Assembly (NCBI GenBank): GCA_944329365.1
Contig: CALVIC010000004.1
Coordinates: 1 to 62,916 of the forward strand
Source: an uncultured Bacilli bacterium
GTDB lineage: Bacteria; Bacillota_I; Bacilli_A; RF39; UBA660
Direction: 5' to 3'
Length of the DNA stretch: 62,916 nucleotides
Positions 36,768-46,336 of the stretch are shown piece after piece. Each line of letters starts with the position of its first letter. Position 1 is the first letter of the stretch. The position numbers and the translations under genes were made by a program. Below the pieces are notes generated by a model, which worked only from the letters and a program-made list of their open reading frames with translations, was not told the origin of the DNA and searched no databases.

Positions 36768-38231
36768 ATGAATTTGGAAGAGTATCAAGGAATTATTAAT
36801 GAAGAGATGTTTAAAATTATAAATGAACTTGTGAAAAATGGTAAATTAAAAGAGTACCGTCCTATATATGAAATGTTTGAGGACGAGAAAAAGGAATTAG
36901 TTTCAATGGAGGATAAATCTTCTGAAGAGGTTTATAGTAAAATTATCGAAGAATATTTAATGAAAGTAGAGGGTATTGCAAAGTTAGTACCTGGTTTAAC
37001 TACGGGAATTAAAGATGCAAAAACTGGAACAGAAATATATACATATAGTGGCAAGACTAGTGCGAATGGAGAAAATGTAGGTGAGAATACCCGTTTTGAT
37101 ATTGCTAGCGTGACTAAATTATTTACGACAACTTTAGCTTTAAAATTAGCTGAAGAAGGTAAATTTTCTTTAGATAAGTCAGTTTCTTCTTATAAAGGTG
37201 GTAAATATAAATATTTAAATATTCCAGTAGAAGAAATGGCTAAATATTATTATGAGCTTAGAACTCCAGGGCGTCTTGATGAACGTGATGGTGAGCTTTC
37301 AAAAGAAGAACTTGAGAAGAGACTTAGTGGGACAAAAGTAGCGAAAGATAAAACTTTTGTTTATAGTGATATTCCATTTATTATTTTAAAAGATATTATG
37401 CCAGAGAGTGATGAATATTTTAAGAAATATTTTAATGATGAGATGAAGATGCTTAATACTAGTTATGATTATTTTGGGTCTTTAACTGGAGGCAAGGATG
37501 GAGAACTTAATGAAGTTCATGACCCTAAGGCTAGAGTTATGGAAAGATATGGAATTAATCCTGGACATGCGGGAGTATTTTCAACAAGCCGTGATTTAGT
37601 TAAATTTAGTGATGCTTTAAGAAATGGATTTTTAAGTGAGGATTCTTTAAATAAAATGATAACTCCAGCTATAAATACGCCTATGCTTTTAGACGAAAAC
37701 GGAAATCCTGTCATGAAAAAAGATAAAAATGGTAATGCGACTGACCCAATACGTATTTCAAGAGGAATGGGAGTTTATATTAAACATCCCGAAGGAATTA
37801 GGGTAAATGAACTTCCAGCTCCGGTTTCTGATTCAGCTTTTGCAATGACAGGTTTTACTGGTTCACATATGGTTGTGGATTTAAAAAATGGTTTGACTAC
37901 TAATATTTTAGCTAATCCAATTTCGGATAATGGTCAAAGAGAAGTAGTAATCGACAATAAGAGATTTATAATTAGAGATTGCGGGAAAGTCTTTGAGGAT
38001 GGGACTAAGTTTAAAGTAGTAAACAGAACATCTGAGGTTTATGATAAAGAAGGTAATTTAATTACAAAAGCGCCTTATACGAGAATTACCAACACTTTAA
38101 AAGAAGAACAGATAAATGTTTTATTAAAGCTTCGTTTAGCTAAAAATTGTTTACTTAGAAAAGCTGAATATGAACGTGATAAAGATGAGGTTCATGATGT
38201 GTTTGAAACACCAAGAAATATTAAAAAATAA
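36768..38231 (+). CDS. serine hydrolase of the beta-lactamase / PBP4*-like family
   Basis: SxxK motif in FDIASVTKLFTT. No signal peptide seen. Confidence 0.7.
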   Translation: MNLEEYQGIINEEMFKIINELVKNGKLKEYRPIYEMFEDEKKELVSMEDKSSEEVYSKIIEEYLMKVEGIAKLVPGLTTGIKDAKTGTEIYTYSGKTSANGENVGENTRFDIASVTKLFTTTLALKLAEEGKFSLDKSVSSYKGGKYKYLNIPVEEMAKYYYELRTPGRLDERDGELSKEELEKRLSGTKVAKDKTFVYSDIPFIILKDIMPESDEYFKKYFNDEMKMLNTSYDYFGSLTGGKDGELNEVHDPKARVMERYGINPGHAGVFSTSRDLVKFSDALRNGFLSEDSLNKMITPAINTPMLLDENGNPVMKKDKNGNATDPIRISRGMGVYIKHPEGIRVNELPAPVSDSAFAMTGFTGSHMVVDLKNGLTTNILANPISDNGQREVVIDNKRFIIRDCGKVFEDGTKFKVVNRTSEVYDKEGNLITKAPYTRITNTLKEEQINVLLKLRLAKNCLLRKAEYERDKDEVHDVFETPRNIKK

Positions 38232-38242
38232 GGAGAATATAT

Positions 38243-38884
38243 ATGTTGTATATGCCGGAATATGAAGAAGGAAGTTATGAATATAATTTCTTAAAGAGAA
38301 TTTCAAAATCTACTGATTTAGCTGAAACTGTTAAATATGGATTACCAGATGATAAAAATTTTTTATGTAGTGCGTTAGTTTTTCGTCCAGAAGTTTTTAA
38401 ATTTTTTCCTGATAAGTATAAGGATGATGAAGAACTTGTGATGGAAGCTATTTATTGGAATCCTTTTATGCTTAAATTTGTAAGTTATAGACTTCGAAGC
38501 AATGAAGATGTGGTTTTAAAGGCACTTGAAAAATCATATGATGGACGCGTTTTTGAGTTTGCGAGTAAAAACCTTCGCGATGATGAGAACTTTGTGGCTA
38601 GAATAGTGGTAAAATATCCAAGGAGTTTTGAGTTTGCGACTGAAAGACTTCGTGATGATAAAGAATATGTTAGGGATTTAATACCTACGACATATGGAAA
38701 AATTACTTTATATGTCAGTGATAGATTGAAAAAAGATCCAGACATCATTAAAATTGCTTTAAGGTATGGCATTGACTTAAAGGAAGAGTTTCCTGAATTA
38801 TATTCTGATGAAGATAAAGAAGTAAAAGACATAAAAGGTCATCCCAAAATATTGGGCTTATTTAAAAGAAAATCTAGATTTTAA
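38243..38884 (+). CDS. DUF4116-repeat protein
   Basis: Repeated units of the form ...FASKNLRDDENFV... and ...FATERLRDDKEYV... Confidence 0.6.
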   Translation: MLYMPEYEEGSYEYNFLKRISKSTDLAETVKYGLPDDKNFLCSALVFRPEVFKFFPDKYKDDEELVMEAIYWNPFMLKFVSYRLRSNEDVVLKALEKSYDGRVFEFASKNLRDDENFVARIVVKYPRSFEFATERLRDDKEYVRDLIPTTYGKITLYVSDRLKKDPDIIKIALRYGIDLKEEFPELYSDEDKEVKDIKGHPKILGLFKRKSRF

Positions 38885-38907
38885 GAACTTTAACTAGTTC
38901 TTTTTTT
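38883..38907 (+). terminator. rho-independent terminator (near-copy of the one at 36676)
   Basis: Stem AAGAACT / AGTTCTT with loop TTAACT, then TTTTT. Confidence 0.75.
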
Positions 38908-38946
38908 GTTTTTAGTTAAATACAATTAAGTGGGGTGTGATTTATT

Positions 38947-39636
38947 TTGTTTAATTTTTTGAAAAAATTATTTAAAGATTTTTATCTTTTCACAGCTTCT
39001 TATTCAAACAATGTTTTTCCTGATCCACTTTCAAAAGAAGAAGAAGAAGAATGTATAAAAAAAGCTAATATGGGTGACCGGGAGGCAAGAAGTAAACTTA
39101 TCGAGCATAATTTACGTCTTGTTGCTCATATTGTAAAAAAATATGATCATAAATCGGAAAATTCTGATGATTTAATTAGTATTGGAACAATAGGTTTAAT
39201 TAAAGGGGTAGATAGTTATTCTTTTAAGCATAAAACTAGACTTACTACGTACTGCGCGAGGTGTATCGAAAATGAAATTTTGATGCATTTTCGAAGTGAT
39301 AAAAAAAACAATAAGAATATTAGCTTAGATGAGCCGATTGGTTTTGATAAGGATGGAAATACAATTACTTTTTTGGATATATTAAAAACACCAAAGCCTG
39401 ATTTTGCTTTGGATTTGTATAAACAGAATAATTTAAAGCTTTTAAAGAAATATTTTGGTGTTTTAAGTGATAGAGAGAAAGAGATTATTATTAAGAGGTA
39501 TGGTTTAAATGGCGAAGAGGAGATTACACAAAAAGAAATTGCAAAAGAGCTAAATATTTCAAGAAGTTATGTTTCAAGAATTGAAAAACGAGCTTTGACA
39601 AAAATACTTAGAGAATTTATTAAAAATAAAAATTAG
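38947..39636 (+). CDS. sigK: sporulation sigma factor pro-sigma-K, uninterrupted
   Basis: Pro-sequence then FPDPLS; LIEHNLRLVAHIVKKY, DLISIGTIGLIKGVDSY and YCARCIENEILMHFR closely match B. subtilis SigK, from memory. TTG start. Confidence 0.8.
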   Translation: MFNFLKKLFKDFYLFTASYSNNVFPDPLSKEEEEECIKKANMGDREARSKLIEHNLRLVAHIVKKYDHKSENSDDLISIGTIGLIKGVDSYSFKHKTRLTTYCARCIENEILMHFRSDKKNNKNISLDEPIGFDKDGNTITFLDILKTPKPDFALDLYKQNNLKLLKKYFGVLSDREKEIIIKRYGLNGEEEITQKEIAKELNISRSYVSRIEKRALTKILREFIKNKN

Positions 39637-39655
39637 GATACTTTAGGAGTATCCT
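39635..39655. terminator. bidirectional terminator hairpin between convergent genes
   Basis: Stem AGGATACT / AGTATCCT with a 5-nt loop, between sigK (+) and the 39655-40152 ORF (-). Confidence 0.6.
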
Positions 39656-40152
39656 TAAATTATATGATTCATAATGTAGAAGAACCAGCCACCAGAGATA
39701 GATAGAGTGACAAATCCTAAAACGGCACATCTAAAGAAGTTTTCAGCCATACCACCTTCAGAGAAACCATTATAGTGGATTCCTTCTTTATAATGGTTAG
39801 TTGTTAATTTTTTTGTCTTTCCATGTTCTTGACCGTTTGAGAAATTTTCTTCTTCTTTTTGTGCTTCGGCTTGAATTTTCGCAATTTCTGCGCGCAAAGC
39901 TTTAAGTCCGTCTAAATCGAGGTCGTCAATATCGGCAGCAGTTTGATTGCTTTCAGACTTTTCTGGTTTGTTTGGAATGTAGAAAGGCCCAGTTGTTTCA
40001 AATTTATTTAGTTCACTGAGTAGGCTATCAGATTTATCAGGTTCGTCAAAACTTCCGAAGAGTTTTTCAATAGTCTCAACTTTTTCAGTTGTGGCCTCTT
40101 CAGGTGAAAGTTTATTTGAATTTTGGGGGTTATTATAATTAAATCTATCCAT
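39655..40152 (-). CDS. hypothetical protein with a C-terminal membrane anchor
   Basis: 165-aa ORF with RBS GGAGG, acidic low-complexity N-terminal part, C-terminal hydrophobic helix. Confidence 0.6.
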   Translation of the reverse strand: MDRFNYNNPQNSNKLSPEEATTEKVETIEKLFGSFDEPDKSDSLLSELNKFETTGPFYIPNKPEKSESNQTAADIDDLDLDGLKALRAEIAKIQAEAQKEEENFSNGQEHGKTKKLTTNHYKEGIHYNGFSEGGMAENFFRCAVLGFVTLSISGGWFFYIMNHII

Positions 40153-40256
40153 GTTCTAGCCTCCATACTATAAATAAATTATACTACAAATTATTTAATA
40201 ATTCAATTTAAATTAGTGTTATGACAAAACATTTACTACTTTTTAAGAATAAGTAC

Positions 40257-40286
40257 TTGACAATACAAAGTAGTAAGTAATATAAT
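40257..40286 (+). promoter_or_regulatory. sigma-A-type promoter candidate
   Basis: TTGACA (40257-40262), 18-nt spacer, TATAAT (40281-40286). Confidence 0.55.
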
Positions 40287-40304
40287 GTAGACAAGAGGTG
40301 AGGT

Positions 40305-40628
40305 ATGAATTCACAGTTTAAAAAAGGAGTACTAGAGCTTATTGTTCTTCTATCAGTTAATAAGCGAGATATGTACGGATATGAACTTGTTTTAGAGGTT
40401 TCAAAAGTGGTTGATGTCAACGAGGGAACTATTTATCCACTTTTAAAGAGGCTTACTAATGAAAAATATTTTGAGACATATTTGGTTGAATCGACAGAGG
40501 GACCTTCGCGAAAGTATTATAAAATTACAGTTCTTGGGAAAAATAGATTAGAAGAATTAAAAGAGGTATGGATTAATTTCAGCAATGCAGTGAGCGAATT
40601 TATTAGGGAGTGTGAAAAGAATGAATAA
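40305..40628 (+). CDS. PadR-family transcriptional regulator
   Basis: GVLELIVLLSV...MYGYEL...EGTIYPLLKRLTNEKY...SRKYYKIT. Confidence 0.85.
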   Translation: MNSQFKKGVLELIVLLSVNKRDMYGYELVLEVSKVVDVNEGTIYPLLKRLTNEKYFETYLVESTEGPSRKYYKITVLGKNRLEELKEVWINFSNAVSEFIRECEKNE

Positions 40629-42000
40629 GAAGGAATTTTTAGAAAAAATTGAGAAGAAATTATCGGTTTTAGATGAAAAAGAGAGAAAAGATATTTTAGA
40701 TGAGTACAAAGACACAATTTCTGAAAAAGTTAAGCGTGGTCAGAGTGAAGAAGAGGCGGTTGCCGATTTTGGTGATATCGATGAGTTAGTTAAGGAAGTT
40801 TTGAGTGCTTATAAGATAGATCCTGATTATGATGTGAAAGAGGAAAGTACATTTAACAAGATTTTAAACGACGGGGAAGATTTAATAAAAAAAGGTGCGG
40901 ACAAGCTGGCTAAGACAAGTCGGGATTTAGCTTCGGATTTTAAGAAGACAAATAAGGATATCAATTTGTCACTTGTATTCGAGATTGTAATTAAAATAAT
41001 AATTGCGATTTTCTTAATTGGTTTTTTAAGACTTCCGTTTTTACTGGTTTATAGGGTTGGTGGAGAGATGCTTGATAGTATTTTTTCTCCATTTGGCGAT
41101 TTGTTTTCTTTCCTATTTGGAATTTTACTTTTCATTATTTATATTTCACTTTGTGTTTTGGTGTTTGTTTCGTTATTTAAGAGCTATTTTAAACACGAGG
41201 AGTCTGCCGACAATGAAAATATGGAAGATGAGAATTTAGAAGAAGACGTTAAAAAAGAAGTAAAAGCTGTTAAGGTGAAAGAACAAAGTGGTCATTCATT
41301 TTTAGGAGAATCTATTATGTTAATTTTGAAGTTATGGCTCATTATTTTTGTAATGGTTCCAGCGGCATTTATCGATTTAGGTATTTTATTCGGTTTATGT
41401 CTTTCAGTTGTTTACTGGATAAAAGGGATAAATCTTTTAGGTCTGACACTTTTATTAATCGGATGTTTAGTGATGTGTACGTGGTTTATTAAACTTATAT
41501 ATAATGTGATTTTTAAATCAGGAAAGAATAATTTTATCGTTTTAGTTGGGTCTATTGTTTTAATAATTATTGGAGGTCTACTTTTTACCGATATGGTTAT
41601 CAATATTGATTATCGCGATGGTGTACCGGCAAGTGTAGAGAAGACAGTAAAGGATTTTGAATATCAGATAGATGGCAATACAAATGTTTATAATTATACA
41701 GGTGGAGACGTTAAGAAAGAGGTTGCCGAAGGAATGAAAGATGGAGATATCAGACTTGAGGTTACTTATTATAAAGACGTAAATAACGTCTCAGTTAGAG
41801 ATTATGAGTCATCTGATGATTATAGAAATATCGAAATTACAACTGAAAACGATGGAGCCGGCAGTACTAAATTTATGTATAATCAGTTTATCGATAATTT
41901 AAAGAATAACAAGATTTATGATTATGACAGATATTACGATATTGATGTGGTCGTTTATGGAAATGAGGCGACATTAAAAATGATAGGAGAAAGCGAGTAG
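40621..42000 (+). CDS. DUF1700-like membrane protein (usual PadR partner)
   Basis: N-terminus KKEFLEKIEKKLSVLDEKERKDILDEYKDTISE, then multiple TM helices. The ATG overlaps the PadR stop. Confidence 0.65.
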   Translation: MNKKEFLEKIEKKLSVLDEKERKDILDEYKDTISEKVKRGQSEEEAVADFGDIDELVKEVLSAYKIDPDYDVKEESTFNKILNDGEDLIKKGADKLAKTSRDLASDFKKTNKDINLSLVFEIVIKIIIAIFLIGFLRLPFLLVYRVGGEMLDSIFSPFGDLFSFLFGILLFIIYISLCVLVFVSLFKSYFKHEESADNENMEDENLEEDVKKEVKAVKVKEQSGHSFLGESIMLILKLWLIIFVMVPAAFIDLGILFGLCLSVVYWIKGINLLGLTLLLIGCLVMCTWFIKLIYNVIFKSGKNNFIVLVGSIVLIIIGGLLFTDMVINIDYRDGVPASVEKTVKDFEYQIDGNTNVYNYTGGDVKKEVAEGMKDGDIRLEVTYYKDVNNVSVRDYESSDDYRNIEITTENDGAGSTKFMYNQFIDNLKNNKIYDYDRYYDIDVVVYGNEATLKMIGESE

Positions 42001-42013
42001 TTTTCTCTTTTTT
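41987..42013 (+). terminator. rho-independent terminator
   Basis: Stem GAGAAA / TTTCTC with a 9-nt loop, then TTTTTT. Confidence 0.5.
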
Positions 42014-42022
42014 GGTGTCAAT

Positions 42023-42051
42023 TTGACAAAAAGTTATTTTGTGATTATAAT
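42023..42051 (+). promoter_or_regulatory. consensus sigma-A promoter
   Basis: TTGACA (42023-42028), 17-nt spacer, TATAAT (42046-42051). Confidence 0.65.
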
Positions 42052-42084
42052 AATCGCGTATTTTGATACACAAAGAGGTGGAGT

Positions 42085-42744
42085 ATGGCAGAAAATTATA
42101 ATAATATTATCGAAACGTTGGATGTGATATATGCAGCAAGTGGTGGTAAACTTAAGGTTTTTTTAACGAGAAAGAAAGATGATCCTTATAAAGGTTATTG
42201 GATTTTACCTGGTGAGTTTTTAAAAAATGATGAAACTTTGGATGACAAAGCAATGGAAATTTATCAGAGGGCAACGTCTCTTAGTAATGGAAAGGTTTCG
42301 CAAAGTAAGATTTTTAGTGATTTAAATAGGTATCCAGATAGAAGAATAATCGCACAAAGTTATTTTTCAATTACGGACGAGCGTTTAGTTATGATAAAAA
42401 ACGAAAATGGAGAAAGTGCGTGGTTTGATACCGATGAACTTCCAAAACTTGGTTATGATCATGAAAAGATTATTTCATCAGTTACAAAAGAGGTAAAAAC
42501 GAAAATTATTAACAATACAGATGATATTTTGTTAGATTTCTTTCCCAATGATTTTACGTTACCAGAACTTCAAAAATTTTATGAAACAGTTATGGGTAAA
42601 AAGATGGATCGAAGAAATTTTTACAAAAAATTTGTTTCACAAGATTTAGTCCTTGATACAGGCGTTAAAACAACTGGTTCAAGTGGAAGACCAGGAGTGC
42701 TTTATAGGTTTAATGTAGAAAAAATGCGAGGAAAAAGAGTATGA
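42085..42744 (+). CDS. NrtR-like protein: degenerate Nudix domain plus C-terminal winged helix
   Basis: The Nudix-like region YWILPGEFLKNDETLDDKAMEIYQRAT lacks the full REx2EE box. The C-terminus LPELQKFYETVMGKKMDRRNFYKKF...GRPGVLYRF resembles the NrtR wHTH. Confidence 0.6.
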   Translation: MAENYNNIIETLDVIYAASGGKLKVFLTRKKDDPYKGYWILPGEFLKNDETLDDKAMEIYQRATSLSNGKVSQSKIFSDLNRYPDRRIIAQSYFSITDERLVMIKNENGESAWFDTDELPKLGYDHEKIISSVTKEVKTKIINNTDDILLDFFPNDFTLPELQKFYETVMGKKMDRRNFYKKFVSQDLVLDTGVKTTGSSGRPGVLYRFNVEKMRGKRV

Positions 42745-43169
42745 ATAATAAGGGATTTGGATTAAAAGAATTCGTAATTATTATTGCTGTTATATTTATT
42801 TGTTTTATAATTATAATGGGAATATATCAAAGCAATATTTCTAAATTAGATGATGATTCTAATGACGAGAAAGTGAAGGTAACAGATGATGTTACTTATA
42901 ACGATTTAGAGACAGAACTTAGAAATGCAGCTTCAAAGTATCAAGATGATACTTATCAGACAACTAGCGACGCAGTTGTTTCAATGATAATTAAGTCTGA
43001 TTTTTTAGAGGATGAAGGTTATTTAGATACAATTAAAGATTTGAAAACAAAAAAACCTTGTGAAGGTTATGTCGAATTTAATCAGGATCATATGAAGATA
43101 ACTTATAAAGCTTATTTAAAATGTGATAATTATAAAACTAAAGGTTTTGATGAAGATAATTTAAATTAA
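42741..43169 (+). CDS. small membrane-anchored protein with a prepilin-like N-terminus
   Basis: MNNKGFGLKEFVIIIAVIF has the pattern G/FxxxE followed by a hydrophobic helix. The ATG overlaps the preceding stop (ATGA). Confidence 0.5.
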   Translation: MNNKGFGLKEFVIIIAVIFICFIIIMGIYQSNISKLDDDSNDEKVKVTDDVTYNDLETELRNAASKYQDDTYQTTSDAVVSMIIKSDFLEDEGYLDTIKDLKTKKPCEGYVEFNQDHMKITYKAYLKCDNYKTKGFDEDNLN

Positions 43170-43747
43170 GTCAGTTTAACTGGCTTTTTATTTATGATGA
43201 CAGAATATGTTTCTAGGATATTTTTAATTTTTAGATAGTCTTCTTCATAGATATCGAAAGTATAGATTATTTCATTTCCATAAGATTTATCGATTTTTAT
43301 ATTTTTTAATAGATGATCAATTTGTTTTAGATTATGATAGGGGAAGGTAATGGTTATCGTAAATCCGTTTTTTATTTCTTTTATTTCACATTTGTTTAAG
43401 GCTTCACTTGCCGATGTGGAATAAGCTCTTATTAAACCGCCCGCACCTAATTTAATCCCACCAAAGTAACGAATGACGATGCATAAAATATTGGTTAAAT
43501 TGTTTATTTTTAAAACTTTTAAGATGGGCATTCCAGCGGTTCCAGATGGTTCACCATTGTCATCGCATTTTTCTTCACCTTCAATGATATAAGCGAAGCA
43601 ATAATGGGTCGCATCTTTATATTGATCTTTAATGCTTTTTAATATAGTATTAATTTCTTGTTTGTCTTTTATAGGAGTAATTATGGTTATGAATTTGGAT
43701 TTATTTATTATTATCTCATTTGTTTCTAATTTTGTAATTGTTCGCAT
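43166..43747 (-). CDS. yigZ: YigZ / IMPACT-family protein
   Basis: INKSKFITII, DDNGEPSGTAGMPIL, VIRYFGGIKLGAGGLIRAY. I chose the ATG at 43747 with RBS GGTGA. Confidence 0.8.
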   Translation of the reverse strand: MRTITKLETNEIIINKSKFITIITPIKDKQEINTILKSIKDQYKDATHYCFAYIIEGEEKCDDNGEPSGTAGMPILKVLKINNLTNILCIVIRYFGGIKLGAGGLIRAYSTSASEALNKCEIKEIKNGFTITITFPYHNLKQIDHLLKNIKIDKSYGNEIIYTFDIYEEDYLKIKNILETYSVIINKKPVKLT

Positions 43748-43851
43748 GTTTTTCACCAATTAAATTATAACTTAGTTTGTTTTTTTAGGCAAACTTGTTT
43801 TTAAAAATAATTAAGGCGTGATATAATTACATAGAGAAAGGACTGGTTTAG

Positions 43852-45621
43852 ATGATCCTTGAGAAGTTGAAATTAGTTCCCCATAAGCCTGGGTGCTATT
43901 TAATGAAAAATAAAGATGGGGTTATAATATATGTAGGTAAGGCTAAGGATTTGAGAAATAGACTTAATTCTTATTTTCATTCTTCACATACAGGTAAAGT
44001 GGCTAAAATGCTTTCAGAGATTGCCGATTTTGATTATATTGTTGTTTCTTCGGAAACAGAATCTCTTATTTTAGAGATGAATTTAATCAAGAAAAACGAT
44101 CCAAAATACAATGTTTTGCTTCGTGATGATAAGAGTTATCCTTATATCGAGCTTACTAATGATAAGGTTCCAAGATTAATAGTAGTTAGGAATGCTCATC
44201 TTCGAAGAAAAAAAGGGGGAGCAAGGTTATTTGGACCTTATCCGAATGCTTATGCGGCAAAAAAAACAGTTAATCTATTAAATCAGATATATCCGCTTCC
44301 TAAATGTAAAATTTTTCCGAAAAAAACTTGCCTTTATTATCATATTGGTCAGTGTTTGGGATATTGTGTTAAAGATGTTCCAAAGGAAAAAATTGAAGCA
44401 ATGGAGAAGGATATTATTAAGTTTTTAAGAGGAGATGCGAGTTTAGTTACGGATAGATTAAAACATGAAATTCAAATTGAAAGTGATAATTTGAGATACG
44501 AGAAGGCCTTGGAACTTAAAGAGATGCTGGATTATATAAATGCGATTATGGTCAAGCAAAAGGTCGAGATCAACGAAACTTCCGATACGGATATTTTTGG
44601 ATATTATGCGGATGGAAATTATCTTAGTGTTTTTGCTTTCTTTGTCAGAGGTGGTAAGATTGCCTCACATCATCATCAGATTATTGCCCTAATAGATAGC
44701 GAGGAAGAGCTTACCCGTTATATTGCTAAATTTTATCAAAGGGCAATTTTACCTAAGGAGTTATTGGTTCCGGATATAGTTGATGCGAATTTGCTTTCAG
44801 ATTATTTCAAGATAAGTGTTAGGATTCCGGAAAAGGGGGTTAAGAAGAAACTCGTGGATATGGCATCTGATAATGCGAAGAAACAGCTTGAGGACAAGAT
44901 TGAACTTTTAAATAGAGAAGATGAGATGACTAGTAAAGCTAACGAAGAGCTTAGAGAGGTTTTAGGACTTGAAAAGTTAGATAGGATTGAACTTTTCGAT
45001 AATGCGCATTTGTTTGGAACTTATAATGTTTCGGGAATGGTGGTGTTTATGGATGGTAGGCCCGCTAAAAATGAATATCGCAAATACAAAATATCATTTG
45101 ACAAAAATGATGATTATGGAACGATGAGAGAGGTTGTTTATCGAAGATATTTTAGGGTTTTAAAGGATAATTTGGTGAGGCCGGATTTGATTATTGTCGA
45201 TGGTGGTCTTGGACAGATGCATGTAGCTAAAGAGGTTTTAGACAGTTTGAATATGAATATTCCTTTGGTTGGGTTAAAGAAGGATGATAAACACTCGACT
45301 AATGCTTTGCTTACTTTTGAGAGAGAAATTCCAATTGAGAAGAGGAGTAATTTATTCCATTATTTAGAGAGAATGCAGGACGAGGTTCATAATTTTACGA
45401 TAAGTTATCATAAGCAGATTAGAAGCAAGGGGCTTTACGCAAGTGTGCTTGATAATATCGAAGGAATTGGTCAGAAGAGGAAGCAAGAGCTTTTAAAGAA
45501 GTTTAAAACGATGGAGAATTTAAGGAAGCAACCATTATCGGAACTTGAAAAGATTTTACCAGAGAAGGTGGCTTTGGATTTAAAGAGAGTTTTAGATGAT
45601 TTGAATAAAGAAAAAAAGTAA
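43852..45621 (+). CDS. uvrC: excinuclease ABC subunit C
   Basis: GIY-YIG N-terminus (GCYLMKNKDGVIIYVGKAKDLRNRLNSYF), UvrBC domain, C-terminal HhH. Confidence 0.95.
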   Translation: MILEKLKLVPHKPGCYLMKNKDGVIIYVGKAKDLRNRLNSYFHSSHTGKVAKMLSEIADFDYIVVSSETESLILEMNLIKKNDPKYNVLLRDDKSYPYIELTNDKVPRLIVVRNAHLRRKKGGARLFGPYPNAYAAKKTVNLLNQIYPLPKCKIFPKKTCLYYHIGQCLGYCVKDVPKEKIEAMEKDIIKFLRGDASLVTDRLKHEIQIESDNLRYEKALELKEMLDYINAIMVKQKVEINETSDTDIFGYYADGNYLSVFAFFVRGGKIASHHHQIIALIDSEEELTRYIAKFYQRAILPKELLVPDIVDANLLSDYFKISVRIPEKGVKKKLVDMASDNAKKQLEDKIELLNREDEMTSKANEELREVLGLEKLDRIELFDNAHLFGTYNVSGMVVFMDGRPAKNEYRKYKISFDKNDDYGTMREVVYRRYFRVLKDNLVRPDLIIVDGGLGQMHVAKEVLDSLNMNIPLVGLKKDDKHSTNALLTFEREIPIEKRSNLFHYLERMQDEVHNFTISYHKQIRSKGLYASVLDNIEGIGQKRKQELLKKFKTMENLRKQPLSELEKILPEKVALDLKRVLDDLNKEKK

Positions 45622-45638
45622 AAAAATTTTAGGTAGAA

Positions 45639-45675
45639 AAATAGCTTTAAATTAAATAGCAAAGCTATTTTTTTC
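45639..45675 (+). terminator. rho-independent terminator
   Basis: 10-bp stem AAATAGCTTT / AAAGCTATTT with a 12-nt loop, then TTTTT. Confidence 0.7.
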
Positions 45676-45766
45676 GTTTTTTTGAAATTCGACATAACTT
45701 TACATTTTTTGCTTATTTTGATATATTTGTAGAAGAATAGAACAAGAGTAGTAATGAGGCGATTGT

Positions 45767-46336
45767 ATGAAAAAGTTTTGGTTATTTATAGTCATCACTT
45801 TAGTAGTAGTTATTTTAGGATTTACTTTGTTTACTTTGTGGTATGAAGGTTTTAAGGAAGATAAGCAAGAGACTACAGAGATGGTAAGTAAGGTAAGTGA
45901 GAATTATGAGATTTTTCAGACAAAAATAAATAATTTTTCTAATTTGAGAAATGAGTTTTATACAAATAAGGAAGAGCTATATTATGAAACTTTGGCTACA
46001 TCAGCAGATGTTTGGAATAATTTTATGGATTCTTATATGCAGGCAATTATGGATGTAGAAAGTGCTTCTTCATATTTAAAAGAGAACTGTGATTTTGAAT
46101 ATGGGGATATCGGCGCGCGAACTAAGTGTACTAATTTTAAGGCTAATTATGAAGCTGCGCAAAATTATTATTTGACCGATGTGGAAGTTTACAACAAGTT
46201 AGTCGATGATTATGACAAGTGGAATGCGGTTAATGGAGGAGGTAATCCTGTAGTAAATAAGCTCGAGAAGGTAACAATCGATGATTATATAGATTTTGAT
46301 GGGGATGGCGAGTATTTTGGAAAAGAGGTGGCTTAG
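45767..46336 (+). CDS. hypothetical membrane-anchored protein
   Basis: N-terminal TM helix, 189 aa, stop abuts the next gene. Confidence 0.6.
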   Translation: MKKFWLFIVITLVVVILGFTLFTLWYEGFKEDKQETTEMVSKVSENYEIFQTKINNFSNLRNEFYTNKEELYYETLATSADVWNNFMDSYMQAIMDVESASSYLKENCDFEYGDIGARTKCTNFKANYEAAQNYYLTDVEVYNKLVDDYDKWNAVNGGGNPVVNKLEKVTIDDYIDFDGDGEYFGKEVA

